A stretch of DNA of 64,000 nt from Polyangiales bacterium (lineage in GTDB: Bacteria; Myxococcota_A; Polyangia; Polyangiales; Houyiibacteriaceae), in NCBI GenBank assembly GCA_045106895.1, contig JBGCFM010000172.1, forward strand, positions 1-64,000, written 5' to 3'. Below are positions 20,485-29,128 of the stretch, in pieces. The notes under the pieces were generated by a model, which was not told the origin of the DNA, searched no databases, and saw nothing but the letters and a program-made list of their open reading frames with translations. A program made the translations under genes and the position numbers. The number at the start of each line of letters is the position of its first letter. The first letter of the stretch is position 1.

Positions 20485-21494
20485 CTCCCGTCGTTGTGCT
20501 GAACGGCGAGCTTCGGCTCGCTGATGATGCGCTTGTTCCACTAAACGGCGTCTTGGCCTCTTTTGGCGAAGGCGCCCTTGAGGTCTTTCGGACGACTGCG
20601 CATGGACCTTTCCTCGCATCACGCCACCTCGCTCGGCTGCGAAGAACGTGTGAGCGTTTAGGCATTCCCGCCGAAGACGCCGAGCAAGACCTCATTCACG
20701 ACCTCAATGTGCTTTCCGGAGCAGGGAAGGGGCCATGGCGCGTGCGGCTGATTCGAAGTCGCTTTGATTCGGGAGCCATGCGCGCCCTTATCGCGGAGAC
20801 GTTTACACCGAGTGAGCTTCTATCCACAGGCGCACGCCTGACGCTCCGCGAGGGAATCGTGACTCCCCTCGCGATAAAGACCACGAGCTACGTGGCAAGC
20901 CGAGTTCTCCGGCGCGAGGCGCTAGCAGCAGGCTTTGATGAGTGCCTTCTACACCTCGGCGGAGAACTCATGGAGGGGGCGTCGTCCAACATCGTTCTCG
21001 TCATTCAAGACGTATTGGTGTCCCCGACCTCCCCTTGGATTCTTGATGGTGTGACGCTTCAGCACGTGCTCCAGTCAGCGATGGACCTTGGTTTGGAGAC
21101 CGAACATCGTCCCGTGGCTCTGACTGAGCTCGCCGGCGCCGACGAGGTGTTCATGACCAGCGCGATTCGAGGACCGATCCCCGTAAGGGAAGTGGACGGG
21201 CAGAAGTACCGTATCGGCCGGGTTTTCGATGCTGTTCGGCAGCGCTACGAGGCCGATCTGCAAAGTGACTGGGGAGAGCTTCAGGAGGAGACGGTGGCCG
21301 GGGCCCGCGACCTTATCGAAAATCGCCTGGCGAAAATGGGCGAGGTGAAGGGTGGCGATCTACTCCTCGAGGGAGAGTCGTTCTTGCTTCGTTGGTCCGG
21401 GGAGGCCCTAAATATACGTCTCGCGACGCCCTACGCTGGCGGCGGCGGGCGGTTACGCGCGCTGGCGAAGGCGCTCCAGGACGCTCATCACTAG
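20481..21494 (+). CDS. Class IV PLP-dependent enzyme (PabC/IlvE/D-amino acid aminotransferase family)
   Basis: HLARLR, KTTSY (PLP Lys), EGASSN, LDGVT, DEVFMTSA; GTGA overlap with the TPR gene. Confidence 0.85.
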   Translation: MTPVVVLNGELRLADDALVPLNGVLASFGEGALEVFRTTAHGPFLASRHLARLRRTCERLGIPAEDAEQDLIHDLNVLSGAGKGPWRVRLIRSRFDSGAMRALIAETFTPSELLSTGARLTLREGIVTPLAIKTTSYVASRVLRREALAAGFDECLLHLGGELMEGASSNIVLVIQDVLVSPTSPWILDGVTLQHVLQSAMDLGLETEHRPVALTELAGADEVFMTSAIRGPIPVREVDGQKYRIGRVFDAVRQRYEADLQSDWGELQEETVAGARDLIENRLAKMGEVKGGDLLLEGESFLLRWSGEALNIRLATPYAGGGGRLRALAKALQDAHH

Positions 21495-21538
21495 CTGGCG
21501 CTTGCGGCACAGGAACGACCTGCTACACCGCCGGTCCA

Positions 21539-21679
21539 ATGTCACTCACAAGCAAGACAGAGACTCGACGCAAGCGTCGTCACAAGAACTTCGGCAAAAA
21601 GCGGAAGAAGCTTCTCGCGAAGGAAGGCACCACGCCTAAATTCCCGATCCACCCGGACGGCAAGAAGAGCTCCGACTGA
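21539..21679 (+). CDS. Small highly basic protein (46 aa)
   Basis: MSLTSKTETRRKRRHKNFGKKRKKLLAKEGTTPKFPIHPDGKKSSD; 16 K/R residues; strong terminator downstream. Confidence 0.7.
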   Translation: MSLTSKTETRRKRRHKNFGKKRKKLLAKEGTTPKFPIHPDGKKSSD

Positions 21680-21720
21680 TCTTCTCGGGGGCGACAACCC
21701 CTGGGAAAACACAGAGTCTT

Positions 21721-21752
21721 GAGAGGTACAACCGTAAGGTTGTGCCTTTTTT
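21721..21752 (+). terminator. Rho-independent terminator
   Basis: AGGTACAACC-GTAA-GGTTGTGCCT stem with GNRA loop, followed by a T-tract. Confidence 0.8.
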
Positions 21753-21809
21753 GCGTGTTTTCGATAGCAAATACGTGCGTGAGACCAGTGGCGAACCCAT
21801 GTTGAGGCA

Positions 21810-22919
21810 ATGAGTTCAGACCACACCCCACAGACGTCCAGTTCGAAACGCGATGACGCTATCCAGGTCGCTCCATCGGACGATGGCTGGAACCAGCTCA
21901 TGAAGGTGTTGGACAAGGTCCCCTTCGTGGCGGGCGTCAAACGTGACGTTGGCTCCCTGCGGCGGCTGGTGGTGGGTCGACGCGCGCCCCGAATCGCGAT
22001 CATGGGGTTCGCCGGAAGTGGGCGCTCCCGGCTCGTGAACGGGCTCATCGGTACGCCCGTGCTTCGGGAGAGCGACCGCAGCCACCGGGGCTCTTGGGTC
22101 TTCGTGAACGCAGACGGCCGAAGCATGGAGTGGCTGGAGCTGGAACCCTCGGTCCCGGCTGCTGCGTGGCCTCAGAGTCAGACCCCGGATGTGATCATCC
22201 TCGTAGCGACCCCCGACGAAGTCGCGGCAGGTCTTGGCGACCACCTTGAGGCCTTGGTCTCCGCTGCGGGGAGCGCGTTCAAGACAGACCCGAAGTTCGT
22301 GGCAGTGCTCACAAAGAGTGACTCCCTCGACGACGAGGGACCCAGCGTGGAAATGGTCCGACAACGCTACGCTCGACAGATTCTCGATGCAGGCTTGGGC
22401 GAGGCGAAGGTCTACGCCATCTCGGTCCCCTCGGCGAACGAGCAAAGGAACGGGGCAGCGCCCGTCGGAACCGAAGCGTTGGCTGAGGCCGTCGCGAAGC
22501 TCGTTCCAGACGAAGCGCTGGTCGAGACGGCGCGGGCCTTCGTTGCACCTCAAGCGCAGAGTCGCGTGGCGGACAACATTATCCAGTCGAGCTCCACGCT
22601 TGCGCTCACCGTAGCTCTCGCGCCTGTTCCGCTCTCGGACATCGCTCTCATCGCACCCCTTCAAGGGCTGATGGTGTCGACCATCGCACACCTTGGCGGA
22701 CGCAGCCTCGATGGAGGCGGCGCCTCGGAGTGGATTGCGAGCATTGGCGTAGCGGGCGGAATCGGAGTTGGCTTTCGCACATTGGCACGCCAAGTGGTGA
22801 AGGTGGTCCCAGGAGCCGGCAGCCTTGTCGCGGCAGGCATCGCCGGAGCAGGGACCCTGGCGATGGGTCGTAGTGCGAAGCGCTATTTCCTAGGCCCGGC
22901 GACGCCTAACGAGAGTTGA
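21810..22919 (+). CDS. Degenerate Era/MMR_HSR1-like GTPase domain plus Gly-rich DUF697/YcjF-like C-terminus
   Basis: GFAGSGRS P-loop variant, G4 TKSD, PVPLSDI, Gly/Ala-rich helices. Confidence 0.75.
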   Translation: MSSDHTPQTSSSKRDDAIQVAPSDDGWNQLMKVLDKVPFVAGVKRDVGSLRRLVVGRRAPRIAIMGFAGSGRSRLVNGLIGTPVLRESDRSHRGSWVFVNADGRSMEWLELEPSVPAAAWPQSQTPDVIILVATPDEVAAGLGDHLEALVSAAGSAFKTDPKFVAVLTKSDSLDDEGPSVEMVRQRYARQILDAGLGEAKVYAISVPSANEQRNGAAPVGTEALAEAVAKLVPDEALVETARAFVAPQAQSRVADNIIQSSSTLALTVALAPVPLSDIALIAPLQGLMVSTIAHLGGRSLDGGGASEWIASIGVAGGIGVGFRTLARQVVKVVPGAGSLVAAGIAGAGTLAMGRSAKRYFLGPATPNES

Positions 22920-22950
22920 GCCCCGTCCGCCAGCCTTGTACGGTCTCGGC

Positions 22951-24495
22951 GTGACGTTTGACCCGCCCCAGTTCCCGGAACGCTTCAACCTGGCCTCCTA
23001 CTTCCTCGATGAACGAGTAAGCGAGGGACGCGGTGACCGACGAGCCCTCGTCGTTGGCGAGAAGTCGTTCTCCTACGCAGAGGTTCAGCGCCGGGCGAAT
23101 CGTGCCTGTGACGTGCTCCGGACAGCGGGGGTTCGAAAGGAAGAGCGGGTGTTGATGCTGCTCTTCGATGGGCTCCCTTTCGTGGAGACCTGGTTCGGGA
23201 TACTGAAAACCGGCGCCGTGTTTTGTATGGCGAATCCTCTCGGCACCACCGAGGACCTCCGTTACTTGCTGGACTATACGGGCTGCACCGCCGTCGTCGC
23301 GGATGCCTCCCTTACCACCAAGCTCGACTCCGTGATGCCTGCCTCGTGTCGAGCGCGCTTTTGTGTGGGTGGCAGCGCAGCTGGCTGGACGACCTGGGAG
23401 ACGGCGCTGGAGGCGGCGAGTGACGTGGTCACGAATGCAGACACTTCCCGCGATGACATCGCAGGGTGGCTTTTTACAAGTGGGACCACGGGCAAGCCGA
23501 AGGGCGCGGTTCACTTCCACCGTCACTTTGCCTACAGCACCGAGTGCTACGCAAAGAACGTCCTTGGGCTGAACGAAGACGACGTCTTTGTGAGCGTGTC
23601 TCGTCTCTTTTTCGGGTATGGCACGGGGACAAACCTCATGTTCCCGTTTGCTGTGGGAGGCACGGCGGTTCTCTTCCCTGAGAAGCCAACGCCGGACCGG
23701 CTCATCGAACACATCGAGGCGCACAAAGTGAGCGTCCTAACCAACGTTCCTGCGATGATCCGGCAGATGGTCGACAGCGAACGCGACGCGGACTTGTCGA
23801 GCGTTCGCATTTGCCTCAGCGCAGGCGAGGCCCTGCCGGCAGAGCTCTACAAACGATGGAAGGCTCGTTTCCCGAGCGCTGAGGTCCTCGACGGGATCGG
23901 TTCGGCGGAAATGTTTCACATCTACATCACGAACCGTCTCGGGGATGTTCGCTTGGGGTCCCTCGGCCGAATCGTTGCCGGGTACGAAGTTGAAATCGTG
24001 GACGGTGATGGGCAGGTTGTGCCGGTTGGCGAACGTGGCCGCCTCCGCGTGCGAGGGGACTCGACGGCGCTCTGCTACTGGGGAGATCAAGACAAGTCGC
24101 GAGCGACGTTCCAGGGTGAGTGGTGCACCACCGCCGACGTGTTCTCATGCGACGCCAACGGCTACTACTATTACGCCGGCCGGGCGGATGACATGATGAA
24201 GGTTCGCGGGCAGTTCGTTAGTCCCCTGGAGATCGAAGACTGTTTGGCCACCCACGAGGCGATTCGGGAGTGCGCGATTATCGGTACCTTGGACGAAGAC
24301 GGCCTGACGCTGCCCAAGGCGTTTATTGTGTTGCGTGACGGATTTGAAGCATCCGAGACGCTCGAGAAGGAGTTCAAGGCGCACTGCCAGAGCCACCTTA
24401 CGCGCTACAAATTCCCGCGGGCGTTTTCGTATGCTGACGCGCTTCCGAGAAACGACCGCGGCAAAGTGCAACGCCGCGAGCTGGAGGTTCTATGA
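22951..24495 (+). CDS. Benzoate-CoA ligase family aryl-CoA ligase
   Basis: FTSGTTGKPKG, LFFGYG, SAGEALP, DGIGSAE, GRADDM. GTG 22951 lies 6 nt after TACGGT. Confidence 0.88.
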   Translation: MTFDPPQFPERFNLASYFLDERVSEGRGDRRALVVGEKSFSYAEVQRRANRACDVLRTAGVRKEERVLMLLFDGLPFVETWFGILKTGAVFCMANPLGTTEDLRYLLDYTGCTAVVADASLTTKLDSVMPASCRARFCVGGSAAGWTTWETALEAASDVVTNADTSRDDIAGWLFTSGTTGKPKGAVHFHRHFAYSTECYAKNVLGLNEDDVFVSVSRLFFGYGTGTNLMFPFAVGGTAVLFPEKPTPDRLIEHIEAHKVSVLTNVPAMIRQMVDSERDADLSSVRICLSAGEALPAELYKRWKARFPSAEVLDGIGSAEMFHIYITNRLGDVRLGSLGRIVAGYEVEIVDGDGQVVPVGERGRLRVRGDSTALCYWGDQDKSRATFQGEWCTTADVFSCDANGYYYYAGRADDMMKVRGQFVSPLEIEDCLATHEAIRECAIIGTLDEDGLTLPKAFIVLRDGFEASETLEKEFKAHCQSHLTRYKFPRAFSYADALPRNDRGKVQRRELEVL

Positions 24496-25232
24496 GTGTT
24501 TTCCTTGAGGAGATGACGTTTGAAGACGCCGTGTCCCATGCCGGCGCTGTCGCCTTTCTTCCCACGGGCGCGACAGAAGCCCACGGGCCCCACCTGCCGC
24601 TCAACACGGATGTCGTGATCTCACGGGAAGGCGCGCTACGCGCAGCCCTTGCGCTCCGAGAAGAGGGCATCGACGCGGTCGTCTTGCCGCCGCTTGCCTA
24701 CGCGGTGACGGAGTTCGCGGCAACGTTTGGAGGCACCATATCTCTGCCCTTCGACACGGCTAAGGCCATGATTCGCGACGTGATCCTCGGTGCCGTTCGC
24801 GCCGGTTTTCCTGCTGTGGTGTTGTGCAACGCGCATCTGGAACCGGACAACATCCGTGCGCTGAAAACAGCCATGGACGAGGCGAAGGCCAAAGGCGCGA
24901 AGGTGGCGTTTCCTGACGTCACACGAAAGCCTCATGCGCTTCGGCTTGGCGAAGAATTTCGTTCCGGCGCGTGCCACGCGGGTCGCTACGAGTCGAGCTT
25001 GGTTCTAGCGAGCCGACCGGAGTTGGTGCGTGAGAAGCGAACAGAACTCGCGCCGAACCCGTCGTCGCTCTCCGTAGCGATTCGTGACGGGAAGAAGAAC
25101 TTCGTGGAGGCGGGAGGGCCGGACGCGTACTTTGGGTGGCCTGCTGATGCGAGCGTCGCTGAAGGCGAAGAGCTCTACGCCACGATGGCGGACATCTTCA
25201 TGAGCGGAGCCAAAGAGCTCCTCGCGAACTAG
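24492..25232 (+). CDS. Creatininase-family amidohydrolase
   Basis: GATEAHGPHLPLNTD, CNAH, HAGRYESS; ATGA overlap with the ligase. Confidence 0.88.
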   Translation: MSVFLEEMTFEDAVSHAGAVAFLPTGATEAHGPHLPLNTDVVISREGALRAALALREEGIDAVVLPPLAYAVTEFAATFGGTISLPFDTAKAMIRDVILGAVRAGFPAVVLCNAHLEPDNIRALKTAMDEAKAKGAKVAFPDVTRKPHALRLGEEFRSGACHAGRYESSLVLASRPELVREKRTELAPNPSSLSVAIRDGKKNFVEAGGPDAYFGWPADASVAEGEELYATMADIFMSGAKELLAN

Positions 25233-25936
25233 TCTTGGTCCTCTGAGCCGAGAACGCTCGGACGCCCGTCGTGCCAGGTGCTCTCGGCGTCGTGCACTTT
25301 CGCGAAGTGCTCGCCGGCTCGCTGCGTCACTTCGCTCATGTCAGGCGCCTCGTCGCACTCAAGTCCAAGACTCGTAACGCCTTTTCCTTGAATGCCGCAC
25401 GGAACGATGACTTGGAAGTGCGCCATGTTGGGAGCTACGTTCAGCGCGAAGCCGTGCATGGTCACCCAGCGGCTGATGCGCACGCCGACGGCGCCGATCT
25501 TTCGGGGGCGTAGGCCTTGGGGCTCGACCCAGGTTCCGTTGAACTTATCGAGACGCGTGGCGGCGACTTCATAGTCCGCACAGACGCGGATCATGGTCTC
25601 CTCCAACGAAGCGACATACTTACGAACGTCCATCCGGTCGGGGTTTAGGTCAATGATGGGGTAGGCAACGACCTGACCCGGCCCATGATAGGTAACGTCG
25701 CCGCCGCGCCCGACCTCATGCACCTCGATGCCCGCTTCGGCGAAGTCTGCCTCTGACAGCAGGAGGTTCTCAGGTTTGGCACCACGCCCCAACGTCACCG
25801 TTGGGGGGTGCTCCAAGAGAAGAAGGGTGTCTCCTATTTTTTCGTTTTGCCGAGCCTCGACAAGCTGGCGCTGGAGGGCGTGGGCTTCACCGTATCCAAT
25901 GCGCCCGACGCGCCAGATGTCGAGATGACGGCTCAC
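25229..25936 (-). CDS. lipB: Lipoyl(octanoyl) transferase
   Basis: LLEHP, RGGDVTYHGPGQ, KIGAVG, HGFALN, PCG. Confidence 0.95.
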   Translation of the reverse strand: MSRHLDIWRVGRIGYGEAHALQRQLVEARQNEKIGDTLLLLEHPPTVTLGRGAKPENLLLSEADFAEAGIEVHEVGRGGDVTYHGPGQVVAYPIIDLNPDRMDVRKYVASLEETMIRVCADYEVAATRLDKFNGTWVEPQGLRPRKIGAVGVRISRWVTMHGFALNVAPNMAHFQVIVPCGIQGKGVTSLGLECDEAPDMSEVTQRAGEHFAKVHDAESTWHDGRPSVLGSEDQD

Positions 25937-27357
25937 CTCTTGCGGTTGCCGATGTGGACAGCTTCACCGAGCGCGTGCTTGAAAGCCTCCATGACGCCTT
26001 CGCTGAGCGTTGGGTGTGGGTGCACTGTCAACGCGACGTCTTCGGCATAGGCATGCATTTCGATGGCGAGAGCAGACTCTCCGATGAGGTCCGACGCTTC
26101 TGGACCGACGATTCCGACGCCGAGGACTTTGTTGTCGTTGCCGGGGTCCGTGATGACCTTGATGAAGCCATCTGTCTCGTCGATGGCCATGGCCCGGCCG
26201 GACACGGCGAGGGGGAACTTGCCGATGTTGATCTTCTTGCCCACGGCTTTCGCTTGGGTCTCGGTGACGCCGACGGTGGCGATCTCCGGATCGGTGAAGA
26301 TAGCGGCGGGCATCGCGCGCACGTCGAGCATCGCGCCCTTGTGTCCAGCGATGACCTCCGCGGCAATCTCTCCTTCCTTGGAGGCTTTGTGCGCGAGGTA
26401 TGGACCGCCGGTGACGTCGCCGATGGCGTAAATGCCGGGAACGTTTGTCTGGAGTCGCTCGTCGACGACGACGTGACCACGGTCGTCGAGGAGTACGCCT
26501 GCTTCTTCAAGCCCGAGCCCCTTGGAGTTGGGCTTGAATCCGACAGCCATGAGGACCTTGTCGGCCTTGAAGGTCTTCTCTTCGCCGCCGTGTTCGACCA
26601 CGACGGTGGCTGTTCCCTTCGACACCTTGCAGCTCTTGGCTCGGGCCTTGAGGAGAACCTCTGCGGGATTGTCGCTCTTCTTGAGCTTCTTCTCGACGAC
26701 CTTCACAAGGTCCTTGTCGGTTCCTGGGAGGAGCTGGTCCATCATCTCCACGACGACGACCTTCGAGCCGAGCTTCTGGTAGACCATGCCGAGCTCGAGA
26801 CCGATGACCCCACCGCCGACGATGAGGAGCGTCTTGGGCACTTCCTGAAGGGAGACGGCCTCGCGAGCAGTGATGATCGTCTTTCCGTCGGGGGTGAACC
26901 CTGGAATCTGGATGACGTTCGTGCCCGTCGCAACGACGATGCCCTTGGACGCCTTGAACGTCTGCTTGCCTTCCTTGCCATCGACCTCGATGGTGTTCTT
27001 TGAAGTGAGTCGTGCGGTCCCGAGCACAAGATCCGCGCCGTTGCTCTTCACGAGGGTCTGGACGCCGCCGGTGAGCTTCTTGACGATGCCGTCTTTCCAA
27101 GCCTGCATCTTGGGAACGTCGACCTCCACTTTGCCAACGTTCACGCCGATGTGGGAGGCGTGCTGTGCCTTGTGCGCCAGTCCCGACGCCGCGATGAGCG
27201 CTTTGCTTGGGATGCAGCCCCAGTTGAGGCAAACGCCGCCCCATGACTCCTTTTCAACGCACAGGGTTTTGAGCCCGAGCTGGCCAAGTCGAATCGCCGC
27301 AACGTAGCCGCCGGGGCCACTTCCAATGACGATCGCATCGTAGGTTTTGTCTGCCAT
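25933..27357 (-). CDS. lpdA: Dihydrolipoamide dehydrogenase (E3)
   Basis: GSGPGG, GGVCLNWGCIPSK, GGGVIG, HPHPTLSE. Confidence 0.97.
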   Translation of the reverse strand: MADKTYDAIVIGSGPGGYVAAIRLGQLGLKTLCVEKESWGGVCLNWGCIPSKALIAASGLAHKAQHASHIGVNVGKVEVDVPKMQAWKDGIVKKLTGGVQTLVKSNGADLVLGTARLTSKNTIEVDGKEGKQTFKASKGIVVATGTNVIQIPGFTPDGKTIITAREAVSLQEVPKTLLIVGGGVIGLELGMVYQKLGSKVVVVEMMDQLLPGTDKDLVKVVEKKLKKSDNPAEVLLKARAKSCKVSKGTATVVVEHGGEEKTFKADKVLMAVGFKPNSKGLGLEEAGVLLDDRGHVVVDERLQTNVPGIYAIGDVTGGPYLAHKASKEGEIAAEVIAGHKGAMLDVRAMPAAIFTDPEIATVGVTETQAKAVGKKINIGKFPLAVSGRAMAIDETDGFIKVITDPGNDNKVLGVGIVGPEASDLIGESALAIEMHAYAEDVALTVHPHPTLSEGVMEAFKHALGEAVHIGNRKR

Positions 27358-27440
27358 GTGTTCTCTCTAAGTCGTTTTCGAAAAGGGGCGAGGTTTTTTG
27401 CGGACGCCGAAGCGCTTGCGGTGATTCGGAATGAGCGATT

Positions 27441-28550
27441 TCAGTGCGAAGGAGCGGGCGGGTTCGAGAGCATCTCGGCCCGTTGCTCCTCGAGGTGCCA
27501 ATGTTTGCCTTCGTACACATCGTCGAAGAGCGTGTCGCGGGCTGGCGGGCCTGCTTTTTCTACGCGCCTGACCGCGGCGAGGATCTCGGCATCGATCTGT
27601 TCGCTCAGTTCTGCCTTGAGCGTGTCGGTGAGGAGCTCGTGCTTTCGGAGGTAGCGCTCGAATCGGACGAGCGGGTCCTTCTTTCGCCAACGCTCGACCT
27701 CATCCTCGCTGCGATAAACACTGGGGTCGTCGCTCGAACTGTGAGCGCCAATTCGGTAGGTCAGGGATTCGATGAAGGTCGGACCGCCACCGTTGCGCGC
27801 TCGGTTAAGGGCGTCGCCGATGACTTTGTAGAGCGCCAGTACGTCGTTGCCATCCACACGGATGCCAGGGACGCCGTAGGCGTGTGCTTTTACGGCGAAG
27901 GTCTCGCTCTTCGTTTGTTTGTGCGAAGGAACGCTGATGGCCCAGTGGTTGTTCTGGCAGACCATCACGCACGGTGGCTTGTAGACGCCGGCGAAGTTCA
28001 TGGCGCAGTGGAAGTCAGGCTCGCTCGTGGCGCCGTCGCCGATGAACCCAAGCGTCGCGATGTCTTTGTGGCCTTTGATCTTCGAGGCCCAAGCGGCACC
28101 AACGGCTTGGGGAAGCTGCGGGCCAAGGCATGAAGACCAAGCGACCTGGTTGACCTCGCGCCCCGACATATGGCTTGGCATTTGACGGCCTTTGAGGACA
28201 TCAAGCTCGTTTCCATAAACTTGCGCCAGCCACTTCTCGAGGGGGAAGCCACGAACCAACATGATCGCATTCTCGCGAAGCGCCGGAAATACCCAGTCCT
28301 GCGGCTTGAGACAAAAGCCCGCGGCGATGGGGGTGGCTTCCTGGCCCGTGATGGCGCCGAAGAATCCAATCTTCCCCTGGCGCTGTCGCTTCATCATGCG
28401 CTCATCGAGAATCCGCACACGGAGCATGTGCTCGTACATCGAGCGGAGAACGCCGCTATCTAGCAGCGGGTCGTTCTTCGGGTCGGCGGAGCCGTCCTCG
28501 CGCAATACCTGGAATAGTCCCAGTGTCGGGTCGTCGTCAGCGAGCTGCAT
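27441..28550 (-). CDS. 2-oxoacid dehydrogenase E1 alpha subunit (branched-chain or pyruvate type)
   Basis: QRQGKIGF, GRQMPSH, GDGATSE...QNNHW (TPP motif), HSSSDD. Start 28550 is supported by an adjacent promoter. Confidence 0.92.
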   Translation of the reverse strand: MQLADDDPTLGLFQVLREDGSADPKNDPLLDSGVLRSMYEHMLRVRILDERMMKRQRQGKIGFFGAITGQEATPIAAGFCLKPQDWVFPALRENAIMLVRGFPLEKWLAQVYGNELDVLKGRQMPSHMSGREVNQVAWSSCLGPQLPQAVGAAWASKIKGHKDIATLGFIGDGATSEPDFHCAMNFAGVYKPPCVMVCQNNHWAISVPSHKQTKSETFAVKAHAYGVPGIRVDGNDVLALYKVIGDALNRARNGGGPTFIESLTYRIGAHSSSDDPSVYRSEDEVERWRKKDPLVRFERYLRKHELLTDTLKAELSEQIDAEILAAVRRVEKAGPPARDTLFDDVYEGKHWHLEEQRAEMLSNPPAPSH

Positions 28551-28557
28551 CGCGCGC

Positions 28558-28585
28558 ATCTTATCGTTGTCAGTGGGGGGGTCAA
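28558..28585 (-). promoter_or_regulatory. Sigma70-type promoter for E1alpha (leaderless-type)
   Basis: TTGACC (28585-28580), 16 nt, TAAGAT (28563-28558), 7 nt before ATG 28550. Confidence 0.6.
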
Positions 28586-28627
28586 CGGGCGTGTGACGCG
28601 TGGAGTAATCGGTGGTAAGTCTCCCGA

Positions 28628-29080
28628 GTGAAGGGCGTTTTTGTAGTGTTTTTTGCACTGGTGGTCGGACTCGCCTGTGCCCCTCAAACGCCTGGGGATT
28701 CGCCCGAGAGTGCCGTTCGAGGATTTCTCGAGGCGATGGACCGAAGTGCCTGGGACGCGCAGGCTCGGCGCGACGCGTTTCTACTCATCGATGAGGCGAG
28801 CCAAGACGAACTTCGGGGGCGAGCGCGGCGGGTAGAATCGTTGGGCCGTGGGGGGATCGAGCCTTGGGAGTTCTTCGCCCAAGGGACGTTTCGCGTTCGC
28901 TGGGCGGTTGGCGGTCTCCACGCCGACGGGGATGTGGTGACGGTGGTCGGGCCCGACGGGTCCCAGACGACGATTCCCGTGGTTGAAGAAGAGGGACAAT
29001 GGCGCGTGGTACTTTTCGAACCCGAGGCGCTCCCAGCGCCAGCGGGCGGAGCCGTGACGCCCATTCCCGTCGAGGGCTGA
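28628..29080 (+). CDS. Hypothetical lipoprotein (DUF4878/NTF2-like?)
   Basis: Lipobox GLAC; SPESAVRGFL and C-terminal VVEEEGQWRV pattern. Confidence 0.7.
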   Translation: MKGVFVVFFALVVGLACAPQTPGDSPESAVRGFLEAMDRSAWDAQARRDAFLLIDEASQDELRGRARRVESLGRGGIEPWEFFAQGTFRVRWAVGGLHADGDVVTVVGPDGSQTTIPVVEEEGQWRVVLFEPEALPAPAGGAVTPIPVEG

Positions 29081-29128
29081 AACAAGAGGGCTTCCCCGTG
29101 GGGATGACTCTGTGTCAGCATTGAGGCT

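Noticed and set aside
21539..21679. Small basic ORF as the missing rpmF (bL32)
   Set aside because: Lacks the AVPK-type N-terminus and the Cys/His zinc-ribbon pattern of bL32.
25801..27003. 400-aa plus ORF (likewise 1428-2651, 31247-32515, 58723-60018)
   Set aside because: Antisense to unambiguous genes (lpdA, yceD/fabG, fadN, mtnA).
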